This document shows positions 1-20,031 of a DNA stretch of 64,000 nt, in pieces. The position numbers were made by a program, and so were the translations under genes. Every line of letters begins with the position of its first letter. Position 1 is the first letter of the stretch. Source of the stretch: the human T2T-CHM13v2.0 reference genome, Homo sapiens; assembly GCF_009914755.1 (NCBI RefSeq), contig NC_060948.1; one strand, given 5' to 3'. A model generated the notes under the pieces. It saw only the letters and a program-made list of their open reading frames with translations. It was not told where the DNA came from and did not search any database.

Positions 1-694
<694 letters not shown>

Positions 695-1265
695 AGATCC
701 ATATTTTTTAAATGAAAAAAAATTTCAAAGGTACTCTGCTTGGTACAATAATCAAATGTATAAACTGAGGAATAAAACATAACCATGAAACCTACTTATA
801 ACTGCATATGGAAAATACAGAGGATAATTTTTTAAATAACATATTTTGAAAGCCTTAACTAGTAATTTGAAGAGTTGGCATTTGAAAGGCCAGTATGAAT
901 ATACCTTCAAAGCAGCAACACAGGTTCCCCATGAGAAAAAGCAAACACAGGGAAAATAAAAACACAAAGGTTCAATCTCTTCTGACCTTTGAAAGACACA
1001 GCACAGACAGTGGTCCTTAGGACGAAGAGCAGGAGACCCCTAATTCCGTCACCATGGCGATAGGGCATAAACATTGCTGGGTGAGGGCACAATCCACATT
1101 GTGAGGTCCAACTGCTGCCAGGAAGACAGGAGTGCTTTTACATAGACCGAAAGGTCATTGAAGGCTCAGAGTTTTGTTTCAAGAACTGAATCCCAAGCCC
1201 ACACGTTATTAGGCTGCGCTTCTTAAAACAAGTTATGAGATGGGAAAAAGGGCACCCACAAACAT
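695..1265. repeat. HSATI-like complex segment of unit 1 (recurs at offsets 695-1265 of every unit)
   Basis: ~570 bp of non-Alu, moderately GC-containing sequence between the Alu 5' end and the AT-rich tract. Its position and size fit the HSATI module of DYZ2. Boundaries are approximate and were not aligned to a consensus. Confidence 0.75.
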
Positions 1266-3107
<1,842 letters not shown>

Positions 3108-5212
3108 AGATCCATATTTTTTAAATGAAAAAAAATTTCAAAGGTACTCTGCTTGGTACAATAATCAAATGTATAAACTGAGGAATAAAACATAACCATG
3201 AAACCTACTTATAACTGCATATGGAAAATACAGAGGATAATTTTTTAAATAACATATTTTGAAAGCCTTAACTAGTAATTTGAAGAGTTGGCATTTGAAA
3301 GGCCAGTATGAATATACCTTCAAAGCAGCAACACAGGTTCCCCATGAGAAAAAGCAAACACAGGGAAAATAAAAACACAAAGGTTCAATCTCTTCTGACC
3401 TTTGAAAGACACAGCACAGACAGTGGTCCTTAGGACGAAGAGCAGGAGACCCCTAATTCCGTCACCATGGCGATAGGGCATAAACATTGCTGGGTGAGGG
3501 CACAATCCACATTGTGAGGTCCAACTGCTGCCAGGAAGACAGGAGTGCTTTTACATAGACCGAAAGGTCATTGAAGGCTCAGAGTTTTGTTTCAAGAACT
3601 GAATCCCAAGCCCACACGTTATTAGGCTGCGCTTCTTAAAACAAGTTATGAGATGGGAAAAAGGGCACCCACAAACATACGTATACATTATGTATATAAT
3701 AATATACAGTATCATATATATAATATATATAACCTATGTATAATATTGTTTTACATCCTGCATCTTATGTTATATATATTGTATAAAATATAATAATTGA
3801 TAATATATAAGTTTTATAATTATACAATATGACATATAGTATATATTATAATTTATGACATATATAATATATGTCATATATCATATATAGAATATATTAT
3901 ACGGTTAATATACGTATTAAATATAAATTATACATTATATATATTATATATAATATATCTGTTATATATAATACCCATTATGCATAATATATATATTATG
4001 TCTATGTTATATATAGTATAAAACAACATATAATAATGTATAATTGTATATATAAAATGCGACATATAATATATATTATATTTTATAACATATGTAATAT
4101 ATATTATATATTATATATAATACGTTGTATGTATAATACCTATATTAAATATATATTATATGACTATGTTATTAATTACATGTCACATGTGTTATATATT
4201 ATATATTTTACATAGAATATACCGGTTACATACAATATATACTATGTTACCTATAATGTATAATTTATTACATGTAAAATAAAGAATGCAATATATTATG
4301 TTTAATTTATAATATACCATATGTGGAATGTGATATATATAACATATAATATATGATATATGATATACAGTATTTGATATATAACATACAATATATGATT
4401 CCTAATATATATGGTATACAATATATATTTTATGATATGTATTCTATATGTTTTATATTCTGTTATATATAACTATTTGAAATTATATATAACTGTATAA
4501 TATTTTATGTAAATATGTAATATAATATATATAACTATATAATATATTATATATAACTATATATTATGTTATATATACTTTTATAACATAATTTACATAA
4601 AATATCATAATATAATATATATTATATTATTTCATATTAGATAATATATATTACATATCACCCAATATAACTAACATACATAATATTATAATATAGATTA
4701 TATTATGTTATATTAAATATCATATATATCATGTATCATATATTCTATAATATATATTACACATTATATAATATGTATGTTGTCTATCATGTGATATATA
4801 TAACTCTATATATAATTATATTTTTATACATATAACTAGATAAACATGTAATTCTACATATTTTCATTTATAATATGTAGAATTATATAATCATATATAA
4901 TTATTTATATTCTATAAAAAATTTTATCATTATATAAATTATAATATATAAAAATTATAATATGTACTACAAATATATATATTATATATCATATATGATA
5001 TAGTACCTTTGTTATATATCATAATACATATAAATGTGTATTATGCTATCTATAATTATATAATTTCATATATAAGATGTATAATATGTATCATATATTA
5101 TATATGTTATGTAATATATACAGTATATATAAGATGACACAGGATAAATATTATATACTATGACATATAAAATATATGAGGTTATATGTTACATATAAGG
5201 CATAGCACATAA

Positions 5213-5527
<315 letters not shown>

Positions 5528-7625
5528 AGATCCATATTTTTTAAATGAAAAAAAATTTCAAAGGTACTCTGCTTGGTACAATAATCAAATGTATAAACTG
5601 AGGAATAAAACATAACCATGAAACCTACTTATAACTGCATATGGAAAATACAGAGGATAATTTTTTAAATAACATATTTTGAAAGCCTTAACTAGTAATT
5701 TGAAGAGTTGGCATTTGAAAGGCCAGTATGAATATACCTTCAAAGCAGCAACACAGGTTCCCCATGAGAAAAAGCAAACACAGGGAAAATAAAAACACAA
5801 AGGTTCAATCTCTTCTGACCTTTGAAAGACACAGCACAGACAGTGGTCCTTAGGACGAAGAGCAGGAGACCCCTAATTCCGTCACCATGGCGATAGGGCA
5901 TAAACATTGCTGGGTGAGGGCACAATCCACATTGTGAGGTCCAACTGCTGCCAGGAAGACAGGAGTGCTTTTACATAGACCGAAAGGTCATTGAAGGCTC
6001 AGAGTTTTGTTTCAAGAACTGAATCCCAAGCCCACACGTTATTAGGCTGCGCTTCTTAAAACAAGTTATGAGATGGGAAAAAGGGCACCCACAAACATAC
6101 GTATACATTATGTATATAATAATATACAGTATCATATATATAATATATATAACCTATGTATAATATTGTTTTACATCCTGCATCTTATGTTATATATATT
6201 GTATAAAATATAATAATTGATAATATATAAGTTTTATAATTATACAATATGACATATAGTATATATTATAATTTATGACATATATAATATATGTTATATA
6301 TCATATATAGAATATATTATACGGTTAATGTACGTATTAAATTTAAATTATACGTTATATATATTATATATAATATATCTGTTATATATAATACCCATTA
6401 TGCATAATATATATATTATGTCTATGTTATATATAGTATAAAACAACATATAATAATATATAATTGTATATATAAAATGCGACATATAATATATATTATA
6501 TTTTATAACATATGTAATATATATTATATATAATACGTTGTATGTATAATACCTATATTAAATATATATTATATGACTATGTTATTAATTACATGTCACA
6601 TGTGTTATATATTATATATTTTACATAGAATATACCGGTTACATACAATATATACTATGTTACCTATAATGTATAATTTATTACATGTAAAATAAAGAAT
6701 GCAATATATTATGTATAATTTATAATATACAATATGTGGAATGTGATATATATAACATATAATATATGATATATGATATACAGTATATGATATATAACAT
6801 ACAATATATGATTCCTAATATATATGGTATACAATATATATTTTATGATATGTATTCTATATGTTTTATATTCTGTTATATATAACTATTTGAAATTATA
6901 TATAACTGTATAATATTTTATGAAAATATGTAATATAATATATATAACTATATAATATATTATATATAACTATATATTATGTTATATATACTTTTATAAC
7001 ATAATTTACATAAAATATCATAATATAATATATATTATATTATTTCATATTACATAATATATATTACATATCACCCAATATAACTAACATACATAATATT
7101 ATAATATAGATTATATTGTGTTATATTAAATATCATATATATCATGTATCATATATTCTATAATATATATTACACATTATATAATATGTATGTTGTTTAT
7201 TATGTGATATATATAACTCTATATATAATTATATTTTTATACATATAACTAGATAAACATGTAATTCTACATATTTTCATTTATAATATGTAGAATTATA
7301 TAATCATATATAATTATTTATATTCTATAAAAAATTTTATCATTATATAAATTATAATATATAAAAATTATAATATGTACTACAAATATATATATTATAT
7401 ATCATATATGATATAGTACCTTTGTTATATATCATAATACATATAAATGTGTATTATGTTATCTATAATTATATAATTTCATATATAAGATGTATAATAT
7501 GTAACATATATTATATATGTTATGTAACATATATAGTATATATAAGATGACACAGGATAAATATTATATACTATGACATATAAAATATATGAGGTTATAT
7601 GTTACATATAAGGCATAGCACATAA

Positions 7626-7940
<315 letters not shown>

Positions 7941-10045
7941 AGATCCATATTTTTTAAATGAAAAAAAATTTCAAAGGTACTCTGCTTGGTACAATAATCA
8001 AATGTATAAACTGAGGAATAAAACATAACCATGAAACCTACTTATAACTGCATATGGAAAATACAGAGGATAATTTTTTAAATAACATATTTTGAAAGCC
8101 TTAACTAGTAATTTGAAGAGTTGGCATTTGAAAGGCCAGTATGAATATACCTTCAAAGCAGCAACACAGGTTCCCCATGAGAAAAAGCAAACACAGGGAA
8201 AATAAAAACACAAAGGTTCAATCTCTTCTGACCTTTGAAAGACACAGCACAGACAGTGGTCCTTAGGACGAAGAGCAGGAGACCCCTAATTCCGTCACCA
8301 TGGCGATAGGGCATAAACATTGCTGGGTGAGGGCACAATCCACATTGTGAGGTCCAACTGCTGCCAGGAAGACAGGAGTGCTTTTACATAGACCGAAAGG
8401 TCATTGAAGGCTCAGAGTTTTGTTTCAAGAACTGAATCCCAAGCCCACACGTTATTAGGCTGCGCTTCTTAAAACAAGTTATGAGATGGGAAAAAGGGCA
8501 CCCACAAACATACGTATACATTATGTATATAAAAATATACAGTATCATATATATAATATATATAACCTATGTATAATATTGTTTTACATCCTGCATCTTA
8601 TGTTATATATATTGTATAAAATATAATAATTGATAATATATAAGTTTTATAATTATACAATATGACATATAGTATATATTATAATTTATGACATATATAA
8701 TATATGTTATATGTCATATATAGAATATATTATACGGTTAATATACGTATTAAATATAAATTATACATTATATATATTATATATAATATATCTGTTATAT
8801 ATAATACCCATTATGCATAATATATATATTATGTCTATGTTATATATAGTATAAAACAACATATAATAATATATAATTGTATATATAAAATGCGACATAT
8901 AATATATATTATATTTTATAACATATGTAATATATATTATATATTATATATAATACGTTGTATGTATAATACCTATATTAAATATATATTATATGACTAT
9001 GTTATTAATTACATGTCACATGTGTTTTATATTATATATTTTACATAGAATATACCGGTTACATACAATATATACTATGTTACCTATAATGTATAATTTA
9101 TTACATGTAAAATAAAGAATGCAATATATTATGTATAATTTATAATATACAATATGTGGAATGTGATATATATAACATATAATATATGATATATGATATA
9201 CAGTATATGATATATAACATACAATATATGATTCCTAATATATATGGTATACAATATATATTTTATGATATGTATTCTATATGTTTTATATTCTGTTATA
9301 TATAACTATTTGAAATTATATATAACTGTATAATATTTTATGTAAATATGTAATATAATATATATAACTATATAATATATTATATATAACTATATATTAT
9401 GTTATATATACTTTTATAACATAATTTACATAAAATATCATAATATAATATATATTATATTATTTCATATTACATAATATATATTACATATCACCCAATA
9501 TAACTAACATACATAATATTATAATATAGATTATATTGTGTTATATTAAATATCATATATATCATGTATCATATATTCTATAATATATATTACACATTAT
9601 ATAATATGTATGTTGTCTATTATGTGATACATATAACTCTATATATAATTATATTTTTATACATATAACTAGATAAACATGTAATTCTACATATTTTCAT
9701 TTATAATATGTAGAATTATATAATCATATATAATTATTTATATTCTATAAAAAATTTTATCATTATATAAATTATAATATATAAAAATTATAATATGTAC
9801 TACAAATATATATATTATATATCATATATGATATAGTACCTTTGTTATATATCATAATACATATAAATGTGTATTATGTTATCTATAATTATATAATTTC
9901 ATATATAAGATGTATAATATGTATCATATATTATATATGTTATGTAATATATATAGTATATATAAGATGACACAGGATAAATATTATATACTATGACATA
10001 TAAAAAATATGAGGTTATATGTTACATATAAGGCATAGCACATAA

Positions 10046-10360
<315 letters not shown>

Positions 10361-12465
10361 AGATCCATATTTTTTAAATGAAAAAAAATTTCAAAGGTAC
10401 TCTGCTTGGTACAATAATCAAATGTATAAACTGAGGAATAAAACATAACCATGAAACCTACTTATAACTGCATATGGAAAATACAGAGGATAATTTTTTA
10501 AATAACATATTTTGAAAGCCTTAACTAGTAATTTGAAGAGTTGGCATTTGAAAGGCCAGTATGAATATACCTTCAAAGCAGCAACACAGGTTCCCCATGA
10601 GAAAAAGCAAACACAGGGAAAATAAAAACACAAAGGTTCAATCTCTTCTGACCTTTGAAAGACACAGCACAGACAGTGGTCCTTAGGACGAAGAGCAGGA
10701 GACCCCTAATTCCGTCACCATGGCGATAGGGCATAAACATTGCTGGGTGAGGGCACAATCCACATTGTGAGGTCCAACTGCTGCCAGGAAGACAGGAGTG
10801 CTTTTACATAGACCGAAAGGTCATTGAAGGCTCAGAGTTTTGTTTCAAGAACTGAATCCCAAGCCCACACGTTATTAGGCTGCGCTTCTTAAAACAAGTT
10901 ATGAGATGGGAAAAAGGGCACCCACAAACATACGTATACATTATGTATATAATAATATACAGTATCATATATATAATATATATAACCTATGTATAATATT
11001 GTTTTACATCCTGCATCTTATGTTATATATATTGTATAAAATATAATAATTGATAATATATAAGTTTTATAATTATACAATATGACATATAGTATATATT
11101 ATAATTTATGACATATATAATATATGTTATATGTCATATATAGAATATATTATAGGGTTAATATACGTATTAAATATAAATTATACATTATATATATTAT
11201 ATATAATATATCTGTTATATATAATACCCATTATGCATAATATATATATTATGTCTATGTTATATATAGTATAAAACAACATATAATAATATATAATTGT
11301 ATATATAAAATGCCACATATAATATATATTATATTTTATAACATATGTAATATATATTATATATTATATATAATACGTTGTATGTATAATACCTATATTA
11401 AATATATATTATATGACTATGTTATTAATTACATGTCACATGTGTTATATATTATATATTTTACATAGAATATACCGGTTACATACAATATATACTATGT
11501 TACCTATAATGTATAATTTATTACATGTAAAATAAAGAATGCAATATATTATGTATAATTTATAATATACAATATGTGGAATGTGATATATATAACATAT
11601 AATATATGATATATGATATACAGTATATGATATATAACATACAATATATGATTCCTAATATATATGGTATACAATATATATTTTATGATATGTATTCTAT
11701 ATGTTTTATATTCTGTTATATATAACTATTTGAAATTATATATAACTGTATAATATTTTATGAAAATATGTAATATAATATATATAACTATATAATATAT
11801 TATATATAACTATATATTATGTTATATATACTTTTATAACATAATTTACATAAAATATCATAATATAATATATATTATATTATTTCATATTACATAATAT
11901 ATATTACATATCACCCAATATAACTAACATACATAATATTATAATATAGATTATATTGTGTTATATTAAATATCATATATATCATGTATCATATATTCTA
12001 TAATATATATTACACATTATATAATATGTATGTTGTTTATTATGTGATATATATAACTCTATATATAATTATATTTTTATACATATAACTAGATAAACAT
12101 GTAATTCTACATATTTTCATTTATAATATGTAGAATTATATAATCATATATAATTATTTATATTCTATAAAAAATTTTATCATTATATAAATTATAATAT
12201 ATAAAAATTATAATATGTACTACAAATATATATATTATATATCATATATGATATAGTACCTTTGTTATATATCATAATACATATAAATGTGTATTATGTT
12301 ATCTATAATTATATAATTTCATATATAAGATGTATAATATGTAACATATATTATATATGTTATGTAACATATATAGTATATATAAGATGACACAGGATAA
12401 ATATTATATACTATGACATATAAAATATATGAGGTTATATGTTACATATAAGGCATAGCACATAA

Positions 12466-12780
<315 letters not shown>

Positions 12781-14885
12781 AGATCCATATTTTTTAAATG
12801 AAAAAAAATTTCAAAGGTACTCTGCTTGGTACAATAATCAAATGTATAAACTGAGGAATAAAACATAACCATGAAACCTACTTATAACTGCATATGGAAA
12901 ATACAGAGGATAATTTTTTAAATAACATATTTTGAAAGCCTTAACTAGTAATTTGAAGAGTTGGCATTTGAAAGGCCAGTATGAATATACCTTCAAAGCA
13001 GCAACACAGGTTCCCCATGAGAAAAAGCAAACACAGGGAAAATAAAAACACAAAGGTTCAATCTCTTCTGACCTTTGAAAGACACAGCACAGACAGTGGT
13101 CCTTAGGACGAAGAGCAGGAGACCCCTAATTCCGTCACCATGGCGATAGGGCATAAACATTGCTGGGTGAGGGCACAATCCACATTGTGAGGTCCAACTG
13201 CTGCCAGGAAGACAGGAGTGCTTTTACATAGACCGAAAGGTCATTGAAGGCTCAGAGTTTTGTTTCAAGAACTGAATCCCAAGCCCACACGTTATTAGGC
13301 TGTGCTTCTTAAAACAAGTTATGAGATGGGAAAAAGGGCACCCACAAACATACGTATACATTATGTATATAAAAATATACAGTATCATATATATAATATA
13401 TATAACCTATGTATAATATTGTTTTACATCCTGCATCTTATGTTATATATATTGTATAAAATATAATAATTGATAATATATAAGTTTTATAATTATACAA
13501 TATGACATATAGTATATATTATAATTTATGACATATATAATATATGTTATATGTCATATATAGAATATATTATACGGTTAATATACGTATTAAATATAAA
13601 TTATACATTATATATATTATATATAATATATCTGTTATATATAATACCCATTATGCATAATATATATATTATGTCTATGTTATATATAGTATAAAACAAC
13701 ATATAATAATATATAATTGTATATATAAAATGCGACATATAATATATATTATATTTTATAACATATGTAATATATATTATATATTATATATAATACGTTG
13801 TATGTATAATACCTATATTAAATATATATTATATGACTATGTTATTAATTACATGTCACATGTGTTTTATATTATATATTTTACATAGAATATACCGGTT
13901 ACATACAATATATACTATGTTACCTATAATGTATAATTTATTACATGTAAAATAAAGAATGCAATATATTATGTATAATTTATAATATACAATATGTGGA
14001 ATGTGATATATATAACATATAATATATGATATATGATATACAGTATATGATATATAACATACAATATATGATTCCTAATATATATGGTATACAATATATA
14101 TTTTATGATATGTATTCTATATGTTTTATATTCTGTTATATATAACTATTTGAAATTATATATAACTGTATAATATTTTATGTAAATATGTAATATAATA
14201 TATATAACTATATAATATATTATATATAACTATATATTATGTTATATATACTTTTATAACATAATTTACATAAAATATCATAATATAATATATATTATAT
14301 TATTTCATATTACATAATATATATTACATATCACCCAATATAACTAACATACATAATATTATAATATAGATTATATTGTGTTATATTAAATATCATATAT
14401 ATCATGTATCATATATTCTATAATATATATTACACATTATATAATATGTATGTTGTCTATTATGTGATACATATAACTCTATATATAATTATATTTTTAT
14501 ACATATAACTAGATAAACATGTAATTCTACATATTTTCATTTATAATATGTAGAATTATATAATCATATATAATTATTTATATTCTATAAAAAATTTTAT
14601 CATTATATAAATTATAATATATAAAAATTATAATATGTACTACAAATATATATATTATATATCATATATGATATAGTACCTTTGTTATATATCATAATAC
14701 ATATAAATGTGTATTATGTTATCTATAATTATATAATTTCATATATAAGATGTATAATATGTATCATATATTATATATGTTATGTAATATATATAGTATA
14801 TATAAGATGACACAGGATAAATATTATATACTATGACATATAAAAAATATGAGGTTATATGTTACATATAAGGCATAGCACATAA

Positions 14886-15200
<315 letters not shown>

Positions 15201-17326
15201 AGATCCATATTTTTTAAATGAAAAAAAATTTCAAAGGTACTCTGCTTGGTACAATAATCAAATGTATAAACTGAGGAATAAAACATAACCATGAAACCTA
15301 CTTATAACTGCATATGGAAAATACAGAGGATAATTTTTTAAATAACATATTTTGAAAGCCTTAACTAGTAATTTGAAGAGTTGGCATTTGAAAGGCCAGT
15401 ATGAATATACCTTCAAAGCAGCAACACAGGTTCCCCATGAGAAAAAGCAAACACAGGGAAAATAAAAACACAAAGGTTCAATCTCTTCTGACCTTTGAAA
15501 GACACAGCACAGACAGTGGTCCTTAGGACGAAGAGCAGGAGACCCCTAATTCCGTCACCATGGCGATAGGGCATAAACATTGCTGGGTGAGGGCACAATC
15601 CACATTGTGAGGTCCAACTGCTGCCAGGAAGACAGGAGTGCTTTTACATAGACCGAAAGGTCATTGAAGGCTCAGAGTTTTGTTTCAAGAACTGAATCCC
15701 AAGCCCACACGTTATTAGGCTGCGCTTCTTAAAACAAGTTATGAGATGGGAAAAAGGGCACCCACAAACATACGTATACATTATGTATATAATAATATAC
15801 AGTATCATATATATAATATATATAACCTATGTATAATATTGTTTTACATCCTGCATCTTATGTTATATATATTGTATAAAATATAATAATTGATAATATA
15901 TAAGTTTTATAATTATACAATATGACATATAGTATATATTATAATTTATGACATATATAATATATGTTATATGTCATATATAGAATATATTATAGGGTTA
16001 ATATACGTATTAAATATAAATTATACATTATATATATTATATATAATATATCTGTTATATATAATACCCATTATGCATAATATATATATTATGTCTATGT
16101 TATATATAGTATAAAACAACATATAATAATATATAATTGTATATATAAAATGCCACATATAATATATATTATATTTTATAACATATGTAATATATATTAT
16201 ATATTATATATAATACGTTGTATGTATAATACCTATATTAAATATATATTATATGACTATGTTATTAATTACATGTCACATGTGTTATATATTATATATT
16301 TTACATAGAATATACCGGTTACATACAATATATACTATGTTACCTATAATGTATAATTTATTACATGTAAAATAAAGAATGCAATATATTATGTATAATT
16401 TATAATATACAATATGTGGAATGTGATATATATAACATATAATATATGATATATGATATACAGTATATGATATATAACATACAATATATGATTCCTAATA
16501 TATATGGTATACAATATATATTTTATGATATGTATTCTATATGTTTTATATTCTGTTATATATAACTATTTGAAATTATATATAACTGTATAATATTTTA
16601 TGTAAATATGTAATATAATATATATAACTATATAATATATTATATATAACAATATATTATGTTATATATACTTTTATAACATAATTTACATAAAATATCA
16701 TAATATAATATATATTATATTATTTCATATTATATAATATATATTACATATCACCCAATATAACTAACATACATAATATTATAATATAGATTATATTGTG
16801 TTATATTAAATATCATATATATCATGTAGCATATATTCTATAATATATATTACACATTATATAATATGTATGTTGTCTATTATGTGATATATATAACTAT
16901 ATATAATTATATTTTTATACATATAACTAGATAAACATGTAATTCTACATATTTTCATTTATAATATGTAGAATTATATAATCATATATAATTATTTATA
17001 TTCTATAAAAAATTTTATCATTATATAAATTATAATATATAAAAATTATAATATGTACTACAAATATATATATTATATATCATATATGATATAGTACCTT
17101 TGTTATATATCATAATACATATAAATGTGTATTATGCTATCTATAATTATATAATTTCATATATAAGTTGTATAATATGTATCATATATTATATATGTTA
17201 TGTAATATATACAGTATATATAAGATGACACAGGATAAACATTATATACTATGACATATAAAATATATGAGGTTATATGTTACATATAAGGCATAGCACA
17301 TAACATGTAATATATATCATATATAA

Positions 17327-17618
17327 TTTTTTTTTAGACAGAATCTTGTCCTGTTGCACAGGGTGGGGTACAATGGCGCCATCTTTGCTCACTGCAACTT
17401 CTGCCTCATGGGTCCAAGCGATTGTCCTCCCTCAGCCTCCCAGGTAGCTGGGACTACACCACACTGGGACTACACCAGCTGCCACCATGCCTAGCTAATT
17501 TTTTGGATTTTTAGTAGTGACAGCCTTTCACTGCATTGGCCAGGATGGTCTTGATCTCTTCACCTTGTGATCCCCTTGCCTTGGCCTCCAAATTTGCTGG
17601 GATTACAGGCCTGAGCCA
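17327..17618 (-). mobile_element. Alu copy, unit 8
   Basis: Near-identical to 403-694. Confidence 0.95.
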
Positions 17619-19739
17619 AGATCCATATTTTTTAAATGAAAAAAAATTTCAAAGGTACTCTGCTTGGTACAATAATCAAATGTATAAACTGAGGAATAAA
17701 ACATAACCATGAAACCTACTTATAACTGCATATGGAAAATACAGAGGATAATTTTTTAAATAACATATTTTGAAAGCCTTAACTAGTAATTTGAAGAGTT
17801 GGCATTTGAAAGGCCAGTATGAATATACCTTCAAAGCAGCAACACAGGTTCCCCATGAGAAAAAGCAAACACAGGGAAAATAAAAACACAAAGGTTCAAT
17901 CTCTTCTGACCTTTGAAAGACACAGCACAGACAGTGGTCCTTAGGACGAAGAGCAGGAGACCCCTAATTCCGTCACCATGGCGATAGGGCATAAACATTG
18001 CTGGGTGAGGGCACAATCCACATTGTGAGGTCCAACTGCTGCCAGGAAGACAGGAGTGCTTTTACATAGACCGAAAGGTCATTGAAGGCTCAGAGTTTTG
18101 TTTCAAGAACTGAATCCCAAGCCCACACGTTATTACGCTGCGCTTCTTAAAACAAGTTATGAGATGGGAAAAAGGGCACCCACAAACATACGTATACATT
18201 ATGTATATAATAATATACAGTATCATATATATAATATATATAACCTATGTATAATATTGTTTTACATCCTGCATCTTATGTTATATATATTGTATAAAAT
18301 ATAATAATTGATAATATATAAGTTTTATAATTATACAATATGACATATAGTATATATTATAATTTATGACATATATAATATATGTTATATATCATATATA
18401 GAATATATTATACGGTTAATATACGTATTAAATATAAATTATACATTATATATATTATATATAATATATCTGTTATATATAATACACATTATGCATAATA
18501 TATATATTATGTCTATGTTATATATAGTATAAAACAACATATAATAATATATAATTGTATATATAAAATGCGACATATAATATATATTATATTTTATAAC
18601 ATATGTAATATATATTATATATAATACGTTGTATGTATAATACCTATATTAAATATATATTATATGACTATGTTATTAATTACATGTCACATGTGTTATA
18701 TATTATATATTTTACATAGAATATACCGGTTACATACAATATATACTATGTTACCTATAATGTATAATTTATTACATGTAAAATAAAGAATGCAATATAT
18801 TATGTATAATTTATAATATACAATATGTGGAATGTGATATATATAACATATAATATATGATATATGATATACAGTATATGATATATAACATACAATATAT
18901 GATTCCTAATATATATGGTATACAATATATATTTTATGATATGTATTCTATATGTTTTATATTCTGTTATATATAACTATTTGAAATTATATATAACTGT
19001 ATAATATTTTATGAAAATATGTAATATAATATATATAACTATATAATATATTATATATAACTATATATTATGTTATATATACTTTTATAACATAATTTAC
19101 ATAAAATATCATAATATAATATATATTATATTATTTCATATTACATAATATATATTACATATCACCCAATATAACTAACATACATAATATTATAATATAG
19201 ATTATATTGTGTTATATTAAATATCATATATATCATGTATCATATATTCTATAATATATATTACACATTATATAATATGTATGTTGTTTATTATGTGATA
19301 TATATAACTCTATATATAATTATATTTTTATACATATAACTAGATAAACATGTAATTCTACATATTTTCATTTATAATATGTAGAATTATATAATCATAT
19401 ATAATTATTTATATTCTATAAAAAATTTTATCATTATATAAATTATAATATATAAAAATTATAATATGTACTACAAATATATATATTATATATCATATAT
19501 GATATAGTACCTTTGTTATATATCATAATACATATAAATGTGTATTATGTTATCTATAATTATATAATTTCATATATAAGATGTATAATATGTATCATAT
19601 ATTATATATGTTATGTAACATATATAGTATATATAAGATGACACAGGATAAATATTATATACTATGACATATAAAATATATGAGGTTATATGTTACATAT
19701 AAGGCATAGCACATAACATGTAATATATATCATATATAA

Positions 19740-20031
19740 TTTTTTTTTAGACAGAATCTTGTCCTGTTGCACAGGGTGGTGTACAATGGCGCCATCTTTG
19801 CTCACTGCAACTTCTGCCTCACGGGTCCAAGCGATTGTCCTCCCTCAGCCTCCCAGGTAGCTGGGACTACACCACACTGGGACTACACCAGCTGCCACCA
19901 TGCCTAGCTAATTTTTTGGATTTTTAGTAGTGACAGCCTTTCACTGTATTGGCCAGGATGATCTTGATCTCTTCACCTTGTGATCCCCTTGCCTTGGCCT
20001 CCAAATTTGCTGGGATTACAGGCCTGAGCCA
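19740..20031 (-). mobile_element. Alu copy, unit 9
   Basis: Near-identical to 403-694. Confidence 0.95.

Noticed and set aside
752-967. 71 aa minus-strand ORF (MCFYFP...) repeated in 26 units
   Set aside because: It has a non-ATG start, no recognisable domain, and a Phe/Tyr/Cys/Leu bias typical of antisense A-rich DNA. Its conservation only reflects repeat identity, and it is broken by a stop in U24.
907-1092. 61 aa minus-strand ORF (MCPHPAMF...) in all units
   Set aside because: It is short, overlaps the 71 aa ORF in another frame, has no recognisable family, and tolerates missense variants. There is no evidence of coding constraint; Ribo-seq or proteomics would be needed.
18098-18304. 68 aa plus-strand ORF (also at 25342-25548)
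   Set aside because: It exists only because a TAG>TAC SNP removes a stop in U8/U11, and it runs into Ile/Tyr low-complexity translation. It is useful only as a duplication marker.
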